From: an uncultured Gemmatimonadaceae bacterium
GTDB lineage: Bacteria; Gemmatimonadota; Gemmatimonadetes; Gemmatimonadales; Gemmatimonadaceae
Reading direction: 5' to 3'
DNA: 64,000 nucleotides
NCBI GenBank assembly: GCA_963761305.1
Contig: CAVXGK010000002.1
Location: 2,944,001-3,008,000, forward strand
In this document: in pieces, positions 50,084 to 60,525 of the stretch
Layout of the letters: each line of letters begins with the position of its first letter
Numbering within the stretch: position 1 is the first letter of the stretch
Position numbers and translations under genes: made by a program
Notes under the pieces: generated by a model
What the model was told of the DNA's origin: nothing
The model's database searches: none
The model's input: the letters and a program-made list of their open reading frames with translations, nothing else

Positions 50084-51495
50084 CGGGGCACCTCGCCGCT
50101 CCGTGCGGGCGCGGTGTGCGTCACGTTCGACGCCGGCGCCGTCTGCGACGGACGCACGGGTTCCACGCGAACCGCGATCGTAAAGTGCTCGAGCGCCGGC
50201 CCGTCTTCCTGCAGCTCGCGTCGCACGGGAGCGGCGGACTTCACGTCGATGAATCCGCGCGTGCGCTCGAGCGCGTCGAACACCCGCGCCGCGTGGCCGG
50301 CGAGTCCGTCGACGATGAGCGAATCCTGCCGCGCGCGAATCGCGGTGAGGTACGCCTCGTCCGGCACCGACTGGCTGAGCGTCGTGATCACCGCGGACCA
50401 GCGCGGCGACGTCGACTCGATCTGATTGAGCGAGACGAGGTGGCGATACGTCGCATCCACCGTCGTGCGGCCGACCATGGTCTCCGCCAGCTGTGGGCGC
50501 AGCGCCTCGCGCGCGGCACGCACCTCGGCCAGTTGATGACGCACGCCCCACAATTCGATCGCCGCCGACGCGGCGAACAACACGATCGCGGCGGCCGCGA
50601 CGATCCACGCGGCTTTCCGCGCGCCCGCGCGCTCCGTCGCGATCGAATCGTCGCCACGCAGCACGGGACCAACGCGGCTCGCCGCATGACGCGCCGCGAG
50701 CGCGTCGGGGCGTTCGGACCCGCTCGCGCCGTCGGTCGCGCGCACGGCCGAGATGCCGAGCGACGCGAGCGCGGCCGCGAGATCGCGCGCCGGACCCGGC
50801 GCGCCGATGATGCCGATGCGCCCCGACGGTCCGATGCTGTCGACGATCATCGCGGCGTCTGCCGCGCCCGGACGGAACCGGCGCACACCGGCGAGCCGGC
50901 CGCCGTCGAACTGGAGCATGTCGGTGCGATCGTCGTGCGCGACGAGCGCGTGGCCGCCTTGTTTCGCGAGGACCGGCCAGAGCGCGAACGCCGCGGCGGT
51001 CCACGCCGTCTCGGCGGGTACGATCGCGTCGACCATCCATCCCGCTTGTTGTGCCGCGCCGCGAATGGCGGCCATGAGGCGCGCCGGAGCCGCTGTGGCG
51101 ACGACGGGCACCGGACCTCGGCGTGGACGGCGAGCAGGCAGCGACACGCCGACCGCCTGCGCGCCGCGCGCCTGCACGAAATAGCGCGACGCGTCGCGCG
51201 TGAGCGTTCGCTGCAACTCGTCCGCGCGAAGCGGCGGGAGCTCGAGCCGCCGCACTTCGGTGAGCGGCGGCATCAACGCGACAATGAGCGTTCCGTTGTC
51301 CGCGCCGGTGCCCACCGAACCGCCGACCGCACGCGCCAGTTCGGCGAGCGCCACGGCGAGCGACGTCCAGCCGTTCGTCTCGCTGGGCGGCTCGAGCGGC
51401 ACGCGCCACACGCCGTCGTTCGCGCGCAAACGCGAGTCGACGACCGTGAGCTCGTTGAGTGAGATCGCGATCATGGCGCGAGGCTGACTCACCAT
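50080..51495 (-). CDS. gspL: T2SS GspL/PilN-like protein
   Basis: Cytoplasmic actin-like region, TM helix, C-terminal PilN-like domain (VPDEAYL, IVDGLA). Confidence 0.65.
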   Translation of the reverse strand: MVSQPRAMIAISLNELTVVDSRLRANDGVWRVPLEPPSETNGWTSLAVALAELARAVGGSVGTGADNGTLIVALMPPLTEVRRLELPPLRADELQRTLTRDASRYFVQARGAQAVGVSLPARRPRRGPVPVVATAAPARLMAAIRGAAQQAGWMVDAIVPAETAWTAAAFALWPVLAKQGGHALVAHDDRTDMLQFDGGRLAGVRRFRPGAADAAMIVDSIGPSGRIGIIGAPGPARDLAAALASLGISAVRATDGASGSERPDALAARHAASRVGPVLRGDDSIATERAGARKAAWIVAAAAIVLFAASAAIELWGVRHQLAEVRAAREALRPQLAETMVGRTTVDATYRHLVSLNQIESTSPRWSAVITTLSQSVPDEAYLTAIRARQDSLIVDGLAGHAARVFDALERTRGFIDVKSAAPVRRELQEDGPALEHFTIAVRVEPVRPSQTAPASNVTHTAPARSGEVPR

Positions 51496-51502
51496 GCGCG
51501 CG

Positions 51503-52468
51503 TCACCACTTCTCGCTGCTGATGTCGGCCGTCGACCCGGAGTTCCTGAGGACGGCGATCAACACGGTCGGCGGCGCCTGCGGGCCGACGCGCGCGGTGA
51601 TCGTGAGCTCGACCTGCGTCGTGTTCACCGTCGTGCGGCCCCGCAACGCGTTCACCGCGGCGGTGCTGGCGAGCTGACCGGGCAACGGCCGGCCCGCGCG
51701 CCCCGGCTGCGAGAAGATCTGCGACACGTCCGAGATGCGCCGGCCTTGCGACCGGAGCTGCAGAATCAGGTTGAGCGTCGCGTCGGTCATCCCGGGGAGC
51801 GATCGAAGCACGGGAACGGGAGCATCGTTGAGGTTGATCGCGCCCGCGCCGCGCGTCGTGAGGTACGGCGCGACCTGGGCGTAGATGTCCGGCGTCACCC
51901 CCATGACGTTCCGGAGCTCGCTCACGTCTCCAAACAGCGTATTGGCCGGCAACGCGAGCATCTCAGCCTTGATGTAGTCGTCGCGCTCCGCGCCGCTCGG
52001 ACGAGGAATGCTGTCGGCGTCGCGCCAATCCAGGATCGTCTGCGAGAGCTGCGTCGACTTGGTATAGTCGCCGAGCAGGAAGCTGAAGAACTGCTGCAGC
52101 TCCGTTTCGGTCGCCGTGTTGAGGTTCAGCCTCTCGCCGAGGTCGTGCGCGACGATCTTCACCGGCACGCTGTCGACGTACACGGTTCCGGTGTAGAGCG
52201 AATCGACGTTGGACCAGGGATCGCTCGCCGCGAGGATCGCGATGTTCGGGTTGCTGCCAGACGGCGCCACGCGGATCGCGTACTCGAGTTTGGCCTGCAC
52301 GTAGGCGAGCGCGCCGAGCGCCAGCGCGCGCTGCTGTCCGCGCTCGGAGGCGAGAATGCCGAGTGCGCGCCGCTCGCGCGCTTCGATGCTGAATTGCAGC
52401 GCGACCGTCGCGATGGCGACGACCAGCCACATGGCGGCGAGCAGCGCCACTCCGCGTCGCGATCTCAT
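51503..52468 (-). CDS. gspK: Minor pseudopilin K
   Basis: RRG|VALL, RLNLN, ILDWRDAD, ELRNVMGVT, INLNDAP. Confidence 0.88.
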   Translation of the reverse strand: MRSRRGVALLAAMWLVVAIATVALQFSIEARERRALGILASERGQQRALALGALAYVQAKLEYAIRVAPSGSNPNIAILAASDPWSNVDSLYTGTVYVDSVPVKIVAHDLGERLNLNTATETELQQFFSFLLGDYTKSTQLSQTILDWRDADSIPRPSGAERDDYIKAEMLALPANTLFGDVSELRNVMGVTPDIYAQVAPYLTTRGAGAINLNDAPVPVLRSLPGMTDATLNLILQLRSQGRRISDVSQIFSQPGRAGRPLPGQLASTAAVNALRGRTTVNTTQVELTITARVGPQAPPTVLIAVLRNSGSTADISSEKW

Positions 52469-53144
52469 TGGCCCCCCCCGCCACCACCCGGCGCGCGTTG
52501 GCGATCGGATAGATCATCGGCACCGAGAGGATCGGCGGCGCGGTGTGATGCTCGCCGGGGAGCATCGTGATGCGAACGACGGTCGGCGTGATCGTCGCCG
52601 CCTCGGACGAGTGGTACCAGCGGTGCGTGCGATCGTCGAGAAACTCCACGTACAGCGTGTCGATCGTCGAGTCGAGCATCTTGCGTACGATCGGCTGCTG
52701 CGCGTTGGGTTGATACTCGATCGTGAGACCTTTTTCCGGCGTGTTGTTGTCCGCGTCGACGAACAGCCGGATGCGGACGATGCTGAGCAGTCCGGGATTG
52801 GCCGCGCTCGTCGTGAACGTGACCTCGTCGCCCGCAGCCTGCGCCGCGCTCACGGCCGACGTGCTGTTGCTCATGCCGGGCGCGGCAGTGGTCGCCGCCC
52901 CACTCGAGAGTCCGCGCGGTCCGCCGCCCTGCTGGATCTGCACCTGGCCGGTCGACAGCCACGCGCGAATCATCTCGCGCAGCGCGACGGCGCGTTCCGT
53001 CGACACGGCTGCGTCGCGGATCACCTTGCGATGGCTGATGATGGCTTCGAACGCGCCCGCACCGGCGGCCGCCATCATGCTCGTGATCGCCAATCCGATC
53101 ACGAGCTCCATCAACGTCATCCCCCGCCGCGCGCGCAGCATCAT
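52465..53144 (-). CDS. gspJ: Minor pseudopilin J. As assembled the frame runs on to 51963; the probable true end is 52465.
   Basis: RRG|MTLMEL prepilin site; G8 tract just before the expected ATGA overlap with gspK. Confidence 0.7.
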
Positions 53145-53542
53145 TGGCGCGTCGCCAGGGCGGGCGTGATGTAGCGATACGTGCGCAGCGCGTACGAGCC
53201 CCCGGACCAATTGACGCTGATCCGGATGTCGTACAAGCCGTTCGGATCCGAGATCGGCGTCGACGTCGTGATCCACGTGTACTGGTCGAAGGGCGCGGGG
53301 AATTTTCCGCTCGACACGGAGTCCGGCAGGGCTTGCAGCTCCGTGCTGGTCAGAAGATTCATGAACTCGAGCCGCGACGTCGCCAGCTCTTCGACTTCGA
53401 TCGCGCGGCGCGCACGCTCGGCCGTGCGCATCTCGCCGCCCGCGGCCTCGAGGGCCGCCACGGACGTCGTCCCGACGATCGCGATGGCCGCGACCGCCTC
53501 GAGCAGGGTGATCCCGCGGCGCGCCTTAGCGAGAATCCGCAC
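53141..53542 (-). CDS. gspI: Minor pseudopilin I
   Basis: RRG|ITLLEA prepilin site; position in the cluster. Confidence 0.72.
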   Translation of the reverse strand: MRILAKARRGITLLEAVAAIAIVGTTSVAALEAAGGEMRTAERARRAIEVEELATSRLEFMNLLTSTELQALPDSVSSGKFPAPFDQYTWITTSTPISDPNGLYDIRISVNWSGGSYALRTYRYITPALATRQ

Positions 53543-54008
53543 GCGCCACTCCGCTCCAGGGGTCCACTCGCACGATCAACGGAACCTGTCCGCCGTGTAC
53601 GACAGCCGTGTCGGCGAACGCCAGGCCCGTGGGCGCAAAGACGAACTGCAATCGTGGTTGGTCCGTCACGATCGTGGACGTCATGCCAAGGTCGAGCGTG
53701 CCGGTGGCGAGCGGTCCCATGCCGAAGCTCGAAGCGGTATCCACCTCGAACTTCAACGTCTTGGGGTCGAGCCTCAGCGTCGTCGTCGCGTTGTAGCTGA
53801 TCGCCGCTTTGCGCGTGTCGCGCAGCAGGCTCAGGACCGCGTCGGCACCTCCGGGCGGCTGCTCGCTGCCGAAGCGCGCGAACGCCGGCGCCACCAACGT
53901 CGCCGCGATGCCCATGATGAGCAGCACCATCGTCAGCTCCCACAGCGTGAAGCCGGGGCGCCGCTGGAGCCGCGCGTCGCGAGTCATCGTCCGCATCGCC
54001 GCCATCAC
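53526..54008 (-). CDS. gspH: Minor pseudopilin H
   Basis: RPG|FTLWEL prepilin site; position in the cluster. Confidence 0.72.
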   Translation of the reverse strand: MMAAMRTMTRDARLQRRPGFTLWELTMVLLIMGIAATLVAPAFARFGSEQPPGGADAVLSLLRDTRKAAISYNATTTLRLDPKTLKFEVDTASSFGMGPLATGTLDLGMTSTIVTDQPRLQFVFAPTGLAFADTAVVHGGQVPLIVRVDPWSGVARADSR

Positions 54009-55210
54009 TTGAACGAGTTGGCGTTGATGCCGTAGATCGCTTGCAGCAGCGAAAGGGCGATGAACGCCACGATGATGCCGAACGTCACGATCATCGCCGG
54101 TTCGGCGAGCGTGGCCAGACGCTGCGTGGCGCGTTCGGTGCGCTCCTCGAAGATGTCGGCGGCCTTCATGAGGAACACGCGCAACTGCCCCGCGTCTTCA
54201 CCGACGCCCACGAGCTGCGCCAGAAGATCCGGAAAGAGCGTGCCCTCGGCCAACGCGGCGCGAAGCGAACTTCCTTCGCGCACCCGCGTTCGCACTCGCG
54301 CCACGTCGTCGCGCGCGAGCGGGTCGCCGATCGATTCGATGGTGTCGTCGAGCGCCGTGAGGAGCGGCGCGCCGCCGCCGAGCAGCACGCCGACGAGTCG
54401 AGCGAAGCGGCCGGCGAGCGCGTACCGCCGCAACGTGCGCACGCCGGGCAGCGCGAGCAGCGTCGCCGACCAGGCGCGCCGTCCGGCTTCCACGTTCGTT
54501 GCCCATGTGGCGAACGCCGCGATGCCGAACGGGATGAGCAGCAGCACCGGCCAGGCGCGATGCAACGCCGACGAGACTGCGAGCAACGTCGCCGTCGACC
54601 GCGGCAACGTGGCGCCGCTCCCCTCGAGCAGCGTCACGAACCGCGGCAGCACGAAGAACAAGAGCACGGTGACGGCGATCGAGCCCGCCGTCGCCAGCAT
54701 CAACGGATAAATCGACGCCGACAGAACTCGACCGCGCAAGACTTCGTCGCGCTCGAGCTGGTCGGCGAGCCGGGCGAACGCGGCGTCGAGATCGCCGCTC
54801 TTTTCACCCGCGCGCACGAGTCCGACGTACAACGGCGAGAACAGCGAGCGATGCTGCGCCAGCGCCGCCGAGAGCGTCTCTCCGCGCTCGACGCGTCCCT
54901 TCACCTCGTTCAGCGCGTCCTTCACGTCGCCGCTCGCCACGCCCGATGCCGCCCTGAGCGCCTGCGCCAGCGGCATGCCGACCGGCAGCAGCGCCGCGAG
55001 GGCGCGCGTGACCTCGAGCACTTCGCGCCGACGGCCGAGCCGAAACGCGCGACGACCGCCGCCTTCGCCATCCGCCGATTCCGCGACGTCGAGCACGAAC
55101 AGACCGCGCGCCTCGAGCGTGCGCGTCAACGCGCCGGAGCTCACGGCCTGCGCGTTTCCGCGCATCCGCTTCCCCTTTCCGTCGACCGCTTGATACGCGA
55201 AGTTCGGCAT
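54005..55210 (-). CDS. gspF: T2SS platform protein F
   Basis: FAYQAVD..G, AGEKSGDL, SIYP, GEDAGQL, LAEP. Confidence 0.92.
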   Translation of the reverse strand: MPNFAYQAVDGKGKRMRGNAQAVSSGALTRTLEARGLFVLDVAESADGEGGGRRAFRLGRRREVLEVTRALAALLPVGMPLAQALRAASGVASGDVKDALNEVKGRVERGETLSAALAQHRSLFSPLYVGLVRAGEKSGDLDAAFARLADQLERDEVLRGRVLSASIYPLMLATAGSIAVTVLLFFVLPRFVTLLEGSGATLPRSTATLLAVSSALHRAWPVLLLIPFGIAAFATWATNVEAGRRAWSATLLALPGVRTLRRYALAGRFARLVGVLLGGGAPLLTALDDTIESIGDPLARDDVARVRTRVREGSSLRAALAEGTLFPDLLAQLVGVGEDAGQLRVFLMKAADIFEERTERATQRLATLAEPAMIVTFGIIVAFIALSLLQAIYGINANSFK

Positions 55211-55228
55211 CGTCGTCGTCGCGACTCC

Positions 55229-55693
55229 CTACTTCCAGCTGAGGATGTCTGCGTCCTCACCTTCGCCGCCGGGCTTTCCGTCGGCGCCGTACGTCATCAG
55301 GTCGTACCCCGTCGGATTCGCCTGCCCGGGCGCGAGGTAGACGTAGGCGTGACCCCACGGGTCGAGCGGCACCGGCTTCCGCAGGTAGGGCGAACGCCAA
55401 TTGTTCGGCGGATCGATCGTCGGCTTTTCCCAGAGGGCGGCGAGGCCCTGTTCGGTGGTCGGATACCCCCCATTGTCCAGGCGGTATGCGTCGAGCGCCG
55501 CACCCAGCATCTCGATCTGCGACTTGGCCGTCGCGCTCTTCGCGGCGCCCACGTGCTGGAAGATGTTCGGCGCAACGAGCGTCGCGAGGATCGCGATCAC
55601 AACAATGACCACGAGGATTTCGATCAGCGTGAATCCGGCGCGGATTCGGGACCGGCGGGTCGGACGGGGCTGGCGAGGAGTCTGGCTGGTCAT
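55229..55693 (-). CDS. gspG: Major pseudopilin G
   Basis: RAG|FTLIEIL, ALDAYRLDNGGYPTTEQGLAAL, DPWG, GADGKPGGEGEDADI. Confidence 0.95.
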   Translation of the reverse strand: MTSQTPRQPRPTRRSRIRAGFTLIEILVVIVVIAILATLVAPNIFQHVGAAKSATAKSQIEMLGAALDAYRLDNGGYPTTEQGLAALWEKPTIDPPNNWRSPYLRKPVPLDPWGHAYVYLAPGQANPTGYDLMTYGADGKPGGEGEDADILSWK

Positions 55694-56055
55694 CGGACGA
55701 GAAGGTCGGCGGTCGCAGTGAGCTCGATCCCGCAGTTCGTGAAAACGCGGTCGGGACGAGGTGGACAATTGGACACGAAGGCAGGCGAAACGGTTTTCAT
55801 CGCGCGACTTAGACGGATGACGGCGGCGCGGAATGCGTCGTTAATCGACGGCGAACCTCGCGCGCGCCGGAAGGCTGTGGCGCAAATGCCCCCGGATGTT
55901 CTAACACGCGGGCGGTATGCGCAGTTTGTACATGGATTTACGGACCGGTCAGGCTCCTGTCCATTGACGGTCGGAACCCTTTGTTGGTTCCACTTCCAGA
56001 CACCCGGGACGCTCTGCCTCCCATGAGCACAAGGGCCGACCGTCCTCCCCGACAC

Positions 56056-56114
56056 TCCCATTGACTTTCTATGGGAAGCGCTCCTACATTCGCAGGCATA
56101 GAATCTCTATGGGA
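56056..56114 (+). promoter_or_regulatory. PadR promoter overlapped by two palindromic operators
   Basis: TTGACT-N18-TACATT; TCCCATTGA-N3-TCTATGGGA and AGGCATAGA-N3-TCTATGGGA. Confidence 0.7.
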
Positions 56115-56122
56115 CGGCGGCG

Positions 56123-56467
56123 ATGACCGAGGCGAACGTCGAGGTGCTGCGGGGCACGCTGGATCTCCTCATCCTCAAAGCGGTTAGCTGGCGACCGACC
56201 CACGGCTATGCCGTGGCTAGGTGGATCGAACAGGCGACTGCCGACGTGCTCCAGATCGAGGAAGGATCGCTTTACCCCGCGCTCCACCGCCTAGAGGCCC
56301 GTGGCTGGATTTCGGCCGAGTGGGGCGCGTCGGAAAACAACCGTCGGGCGAAGTTCTATACCCTGACCGCCAAGGGTCGGTCACAGCTCCGAGTCGAGAC
56401 CGCTACGTGGACGCGTTTCGCCCAAGCCGTGTTCGCCGCCCTCGAGGCGCCGCCGCAGCCCGCCTGA
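56123..56467 (+). CDS. PadR-family regulator (ADOP-associated)
   Basis: LRGTLDLLIL, HGYAVA, GSLYPALHRLE, ENNRRAKFY. Confidence 0.92.
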   Translation: MTEANVEVLRGTLDLLILKAVSWRPTHGYAVARWIEQATADVLQIEEGSLYPALHRLEARGWISAEWGASENNRRAKFYTLTAKGRSQLRVETATWTRFAQAVFAALEAPPQPA

Positions 56468-56477
56468 GGACTCGCCC

Positions 56478-59121
56478 GTGAAAACACCTGCGTGGCGGCG
56501 TTACCTGCGCTTCTGGGGATCCAACATCCACAGCGACGTGAACGACGAGCTCCGATTCCACCTCGACATGCGCGCCGCCGAGTACCGGGCGCGAGGAATG
56601 GCGTCGGACGAGGCACGCCGGCTGGCCGAACGGCGATTCGGCGACGAGCAGAGGGCCCGCGCCGAATGCGTGTCGATCGATGAAACCGCGGCGCGCGTCA
56701 CCCACCGCGGCGCGTCACTCGCGTCGCTCGGCCAAGACATTCAGTACGCGGCGCGTTTGCTGCGACGACAAGCCGCACCGGCGTCGCTCGCCGTGCTCTG
56801 CCTCGCCCTCGGCATCGGCGCGACGACGTCGATGTTCAGCGTCGCCGACGCGTTGTTGATTCGTCCGCTGCCGTTCGTGACCGGCGATCGCCTATACCTC
56901 GTCGCGACGACGCGCGATCGCGCGAAAGACGCCGACGTCTCCTCGTACCCCGACTATCTCGACTGGCGCGCGCACCAGCACTCGTTCACCGAGCTGGCCG
57001 CGTTCGGGCAAACGAGTTTCGCGGTCGCGCTCTCGCACCCGATTCGAGCCGGCGGCGCTGTCGTCAGCCCGAACTTCTTCCGCGCCCTCGGCGTCGTGCC
57101 CGAACGCGGGCGCTTGTTCGTCGACGGTGAGGATCAACCGGACGGGCCCACGATCGCCATCGTGTAGCATGGATTCGCCGAGCGCGAGTTGGGCGGAATC
57201 GATCACGCGGTGGGATCCACGGTTTCGATTCGCGGGATTCCGCGCACCGTCGTCGGCGTCGTGCCCGACGGCCGGGCGATTCCGGTGGGCGGCGAGTTGT
57301 GGACGCCGATTCCTCGCGACTTGGACCGCGCGCTGTTGCCGGGGAAATCGAGTCTGACCCGCTCGAACCGCGGACTACAGGTGATCGGTTGGCTGGCGCC
57401 GAACCCCGGTCGATCAAGCGCGGGCGGAATTCGAGTCGCTCGAAGCGGAGCTCCTGCAAGAGTATCCGTCGATCGACGCCGGGCTTACGACCAAGATCAC
57501 GTCGATCCGCGATGTGTACGTCGGCTTCGCGCGACCTACGCTTCTCGCGATGATCGCGGCGACCATTCTCGTGCTGCTCGTGGCGTGTGCGAACGTCGCC
57601 GGAATTCAGCTCGCGCGCGCGACGTCTCGCATTCGCGAGATCGCCGTGCGATCGGCGATCGGGGCGAGCCGCGGCCGCGTGTTCAGACAACTGCTCACGG
57701 AGAGCGTGATGCTGGCGCTGGCGGGCGGGGTTCTTGGCATCGCGCTGGCGTACCGCTCGTCGGAGTTCGCCGAAGTGTCGGTGCTCGGCCAGTCGCCAGG
57801 ATGGCTCACGCCGTCGGTGGATCTGCGCGTGTTGGCGTTTGCGGCAACCGTCTCGATGCTCACCGGCATCGTGTTCGGGGTCGCACCGGCGATCCGCCTG
57901 ACGCGCGTCGATCCCGCTGACGCACTTCGCGGAGGCCGCAGCACTCTCGGTCCGAGGCGCGGGCGCTTGCAACGGCTCTTCGTCGTCGTGCAGATCGCAC
58001 TCTCGATCGTGCTCGTCGTCGCCGCGGGACTCTCCATGGAAAGCGTGCAACGAGTGGAGAAGCTTCCGCTCGGCTTCGACGAACGTGGCGCGCTCATGTT
58101 CACCGCGGCTCTTCAGACCCCGCAGTACGACATCGCGGGGGCGCGAGCGCGGTTCGCCGAAGTGCTCGAGGAACGGGCGGCCGCGTTGCCCGGCGTGAGC
58201 GCGGCCGGTGCGACGTCGCTCGGCCCGTTCCGGTGCTGCTCGCAGTGGGCACTCGCGATCGACGGCCAGTTACGGCCTCCGGATCAGAAGCTCATGGTGC
58301 CCGGCAACTCGGTGACGCCCGGCTACTTCCAGGCGATGGGCATTCCGCTGGTGCGCGGACGAGCGTTCACGCTCGCCGACGCGGCGGGCGGGGCGCCTGT
58401 CATGGTAGTGAGCGAGTCGTTCGCACAACGCTTCTGGCCGAACGGTGAAGCCGTCGGGCACCTCGTACAGGACGGGGACGATCACGCGGCGATCGTCGGG
58501 ATCGTACGCGACGTTAAGATCACGCTGACCGACTCGCCGGGCCCGCAGTTCTATCGCCCGCTCGCGCAGAAACCGATCACCAACCTCACGTTCGTCGTTC
58601 GCACGCCGAGCGGCGATCCGTCGCGATTCACGGCCGACGTGCGCCGCATCGTGCACGACCTCGATCCCACGCTGCCGATCTACAACATCACCACGGCGCG
58701 CGACATGGTGGACGATCAATTCGCCGGACGCCGAAGCGTCGAGTGGTTGATGATCGCGTTCGGCGTCATCGCGCTCTTGTTGGCGACGATGGGCGTGTAC
58801 GCGGTGACTTCGTTCTTCGTGTCGCAGCGCACGCAGGAATTGGGTCTCCGCGTCGCGCTGGGCGCGGATCGGGTGCGATTGCTCCGGTTGGTGCTGGGGT
58901 CGAGCGTTGGGATGGCGGTGATCGGCGCCGTGCTCGGGCTCGGTGGTGCGTTCCTCGCGGCGCGGTGGTTGTCGCACACGCTGTACGGCGTCGGCACCGG
59001 CGATCCGATGATCTACGTCGTGGCGGCGGGCCTGCTCGTCGTTGGAACGCTCGTCGCGAGTCTCGGCCCCGCCAACCGCGCCGCCCGCGCCGACCCGATG
59101 ACGACGCTGCGCGTCGATTGA
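56478..59121 (+). pseudogene. ADOP-family permease with an in-frame TAG (57165-57167) and a frameshift (about 57405)
   Basis: Motifs continue across the breaks: LALGIGATT...IAIV*HGFAERE...; LLVACANVA...DPMTTLRVD in another frame. Confidence 0.7.
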
Positions 59122-59124
59122 CGC

Positions 59125-59152
59125 GGGAATAATCCGACCGAATGTCGAGTCT
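59125..59152 (+). promoter_or_regulatory. ECF sigma-type promoter
   Basis: GGGAATAA-N15-AGTCT; same motif and spacing as upstream of the ECF gene. Confidence 0.7.
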
Positions 59153-59178
59153 CCGTGTGAAACCACGGAGGCTTCAAC

Positions 59179-60525
59179 ATGTCTTCACATCGCGATCGCG
59201 ATGCGGCGGAATTCGACGCGCACGGCAACACGAGACCGAGCGGCAGCAACTACATCACCAACGATCAGAGCGGCGACGGCATCGACAGGCGCGGCTTTCT
59301 GCGCTGCATGGCGTGGGCGGGCACAGGCGTCGTGTGGGCGCTCGAGGGCGGTCTTCCACTCTCGATCCCGCTGAGCCGCATCGGTTCCCTGACCGAGCCG
59401 CAGAAGAAGAGCATCTTCTTCGCGCAGATCAGCGACAGCCACATCGGATTCAGCAAGGAAGCGAACAAGGACGTCACGGCGACGTTGCAGGACGCCGTCG
59501 TCAAGCTGAACGCGCTGCCGCAGAGCCCCGCGTTCGTGTTGCACACCGGCGACATAACCCAGCTCGCCAAATCCGAGGAATTCGACACAGCGCAGCAGGT
59601 GCTCGCCGGCGTGAAGGCCGAGCGGATCTTCTACGTGCCGGGTGAGCACGACGTCGCGACCGACAACGGCGCGTCGTATCTGCAACGCTACGGGAAAGGC
59701 ACAAGCGGCGGCGGCTGGCACAGCTTCGAGCACAGCGGAGTGCACTTCGTCGGCCTCGTCAACGTGCTGAATCTCAAAGCCGGCGGACTCGGAACGCTCG
59801 GCGCCGAGCAGCTCGATTGGCTGAAGAAAGACGTTTCACGGCTCGCCGCGAGCACGCCGATCGTGCTGTTCGCCCACGTGCCGCTGTGGACCGTGTATCC
59901 GGAATGGGGGTGGGGCACCGACGACTCCGAGCAGGCGCTCGCGTTGCTCAAGCGATTCGGCTCGGTGACGGTGCTCAACGGCCACATTCACCAAATCATG
60001 CAGAAGGTCGAAGGACACGTGTCGTTCCACACGGCGATGTCGACCGCCTTCCCACAGCCCGCGCCCGGAACCGCGCCGGCTCCCGGACCGATGACGGTCG
60101 ATCCGACGCGGCTCAAGAGTGTGCTCGGGATCGCCGACGTGACGTTCATTCCGGGGCGCGGTTCCCTCGCCATCGTCGACGCGACAATCTCAGGGCAGCC
60201 GGCGGCGTTCGACGAGGCGTCCCACGAGGCAATGATGGAGCGCCAGACGAAGCGTCGCAGCATCACGCTCGCCGACAACGAGATCGGCATCGACAACTTC
60301 AACTTCACGCCGCCCGTGCTTACGGTGAAACCGGGCACCAAGGTCACGTGGATCAACAACGACGACGTGCCGCATCTCATCGTGAGCGTGCAGCGATCGT
60401 GGAAGCAGTCGCCGATCCTCGACACCGATCACCGATTCTCGGCGACGCTCACCGCTCCGGGCACGTACGACTACTTCTGCTCGCTGCACCCCAAGATGCA
60501 GGGAAAGATCATCGTGCGGCGTTGA
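59179..60525 (+). CDS. Tat-exported metallophosphoesterase fused to an amicyanin/plastocyanin-like cupredoxin
   Basis: DRRGFL; SDSH, HTGD, PGEHD, AHVP, NGHIH; DDVPH...YFCSLHPKM type-1 Cu site; GGAGG RBS. Confidence 0.88.
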   Translation: MSSHRDRDAAEFDAHGNTRPSGSNYITNDQSGDGIDRRGFLRCMAWAGTGVVWALEGGLPLSIPLSRIGSLTEPQKKSIFFAQISDSHIGFSKEANKDVTATLQDAVVKLNALPQSPAFVLHTGDITQLAKSEEFDTAQQVLAGVKAERIFYVPGEHDVATDNGASYLQRYGKGTSGGGWHSFEHSGVHFVGLVNVLNLKAGGLGTLGAEQLDWLKKDVSRLAASTPIVLFAHVPLWTVYPEWGWGTDDSEQALALLKRFGSVTVLNGHIHQIMQKVEGHVSFHTAMSTAFPQPAPGTAPAPGPMTVDPTRLKSVLGIADVTFIPGRGSLAIVDATISGQPAAFDEASHEAMMERQTKRRSITLADNEIGIDNFNFTPPVLTVKPGTKVTWINNDDVPHLIVSVQRSWKQSPILDTDHRFSATLTAPGTYDYFCSLHPKMQGKIIVRR

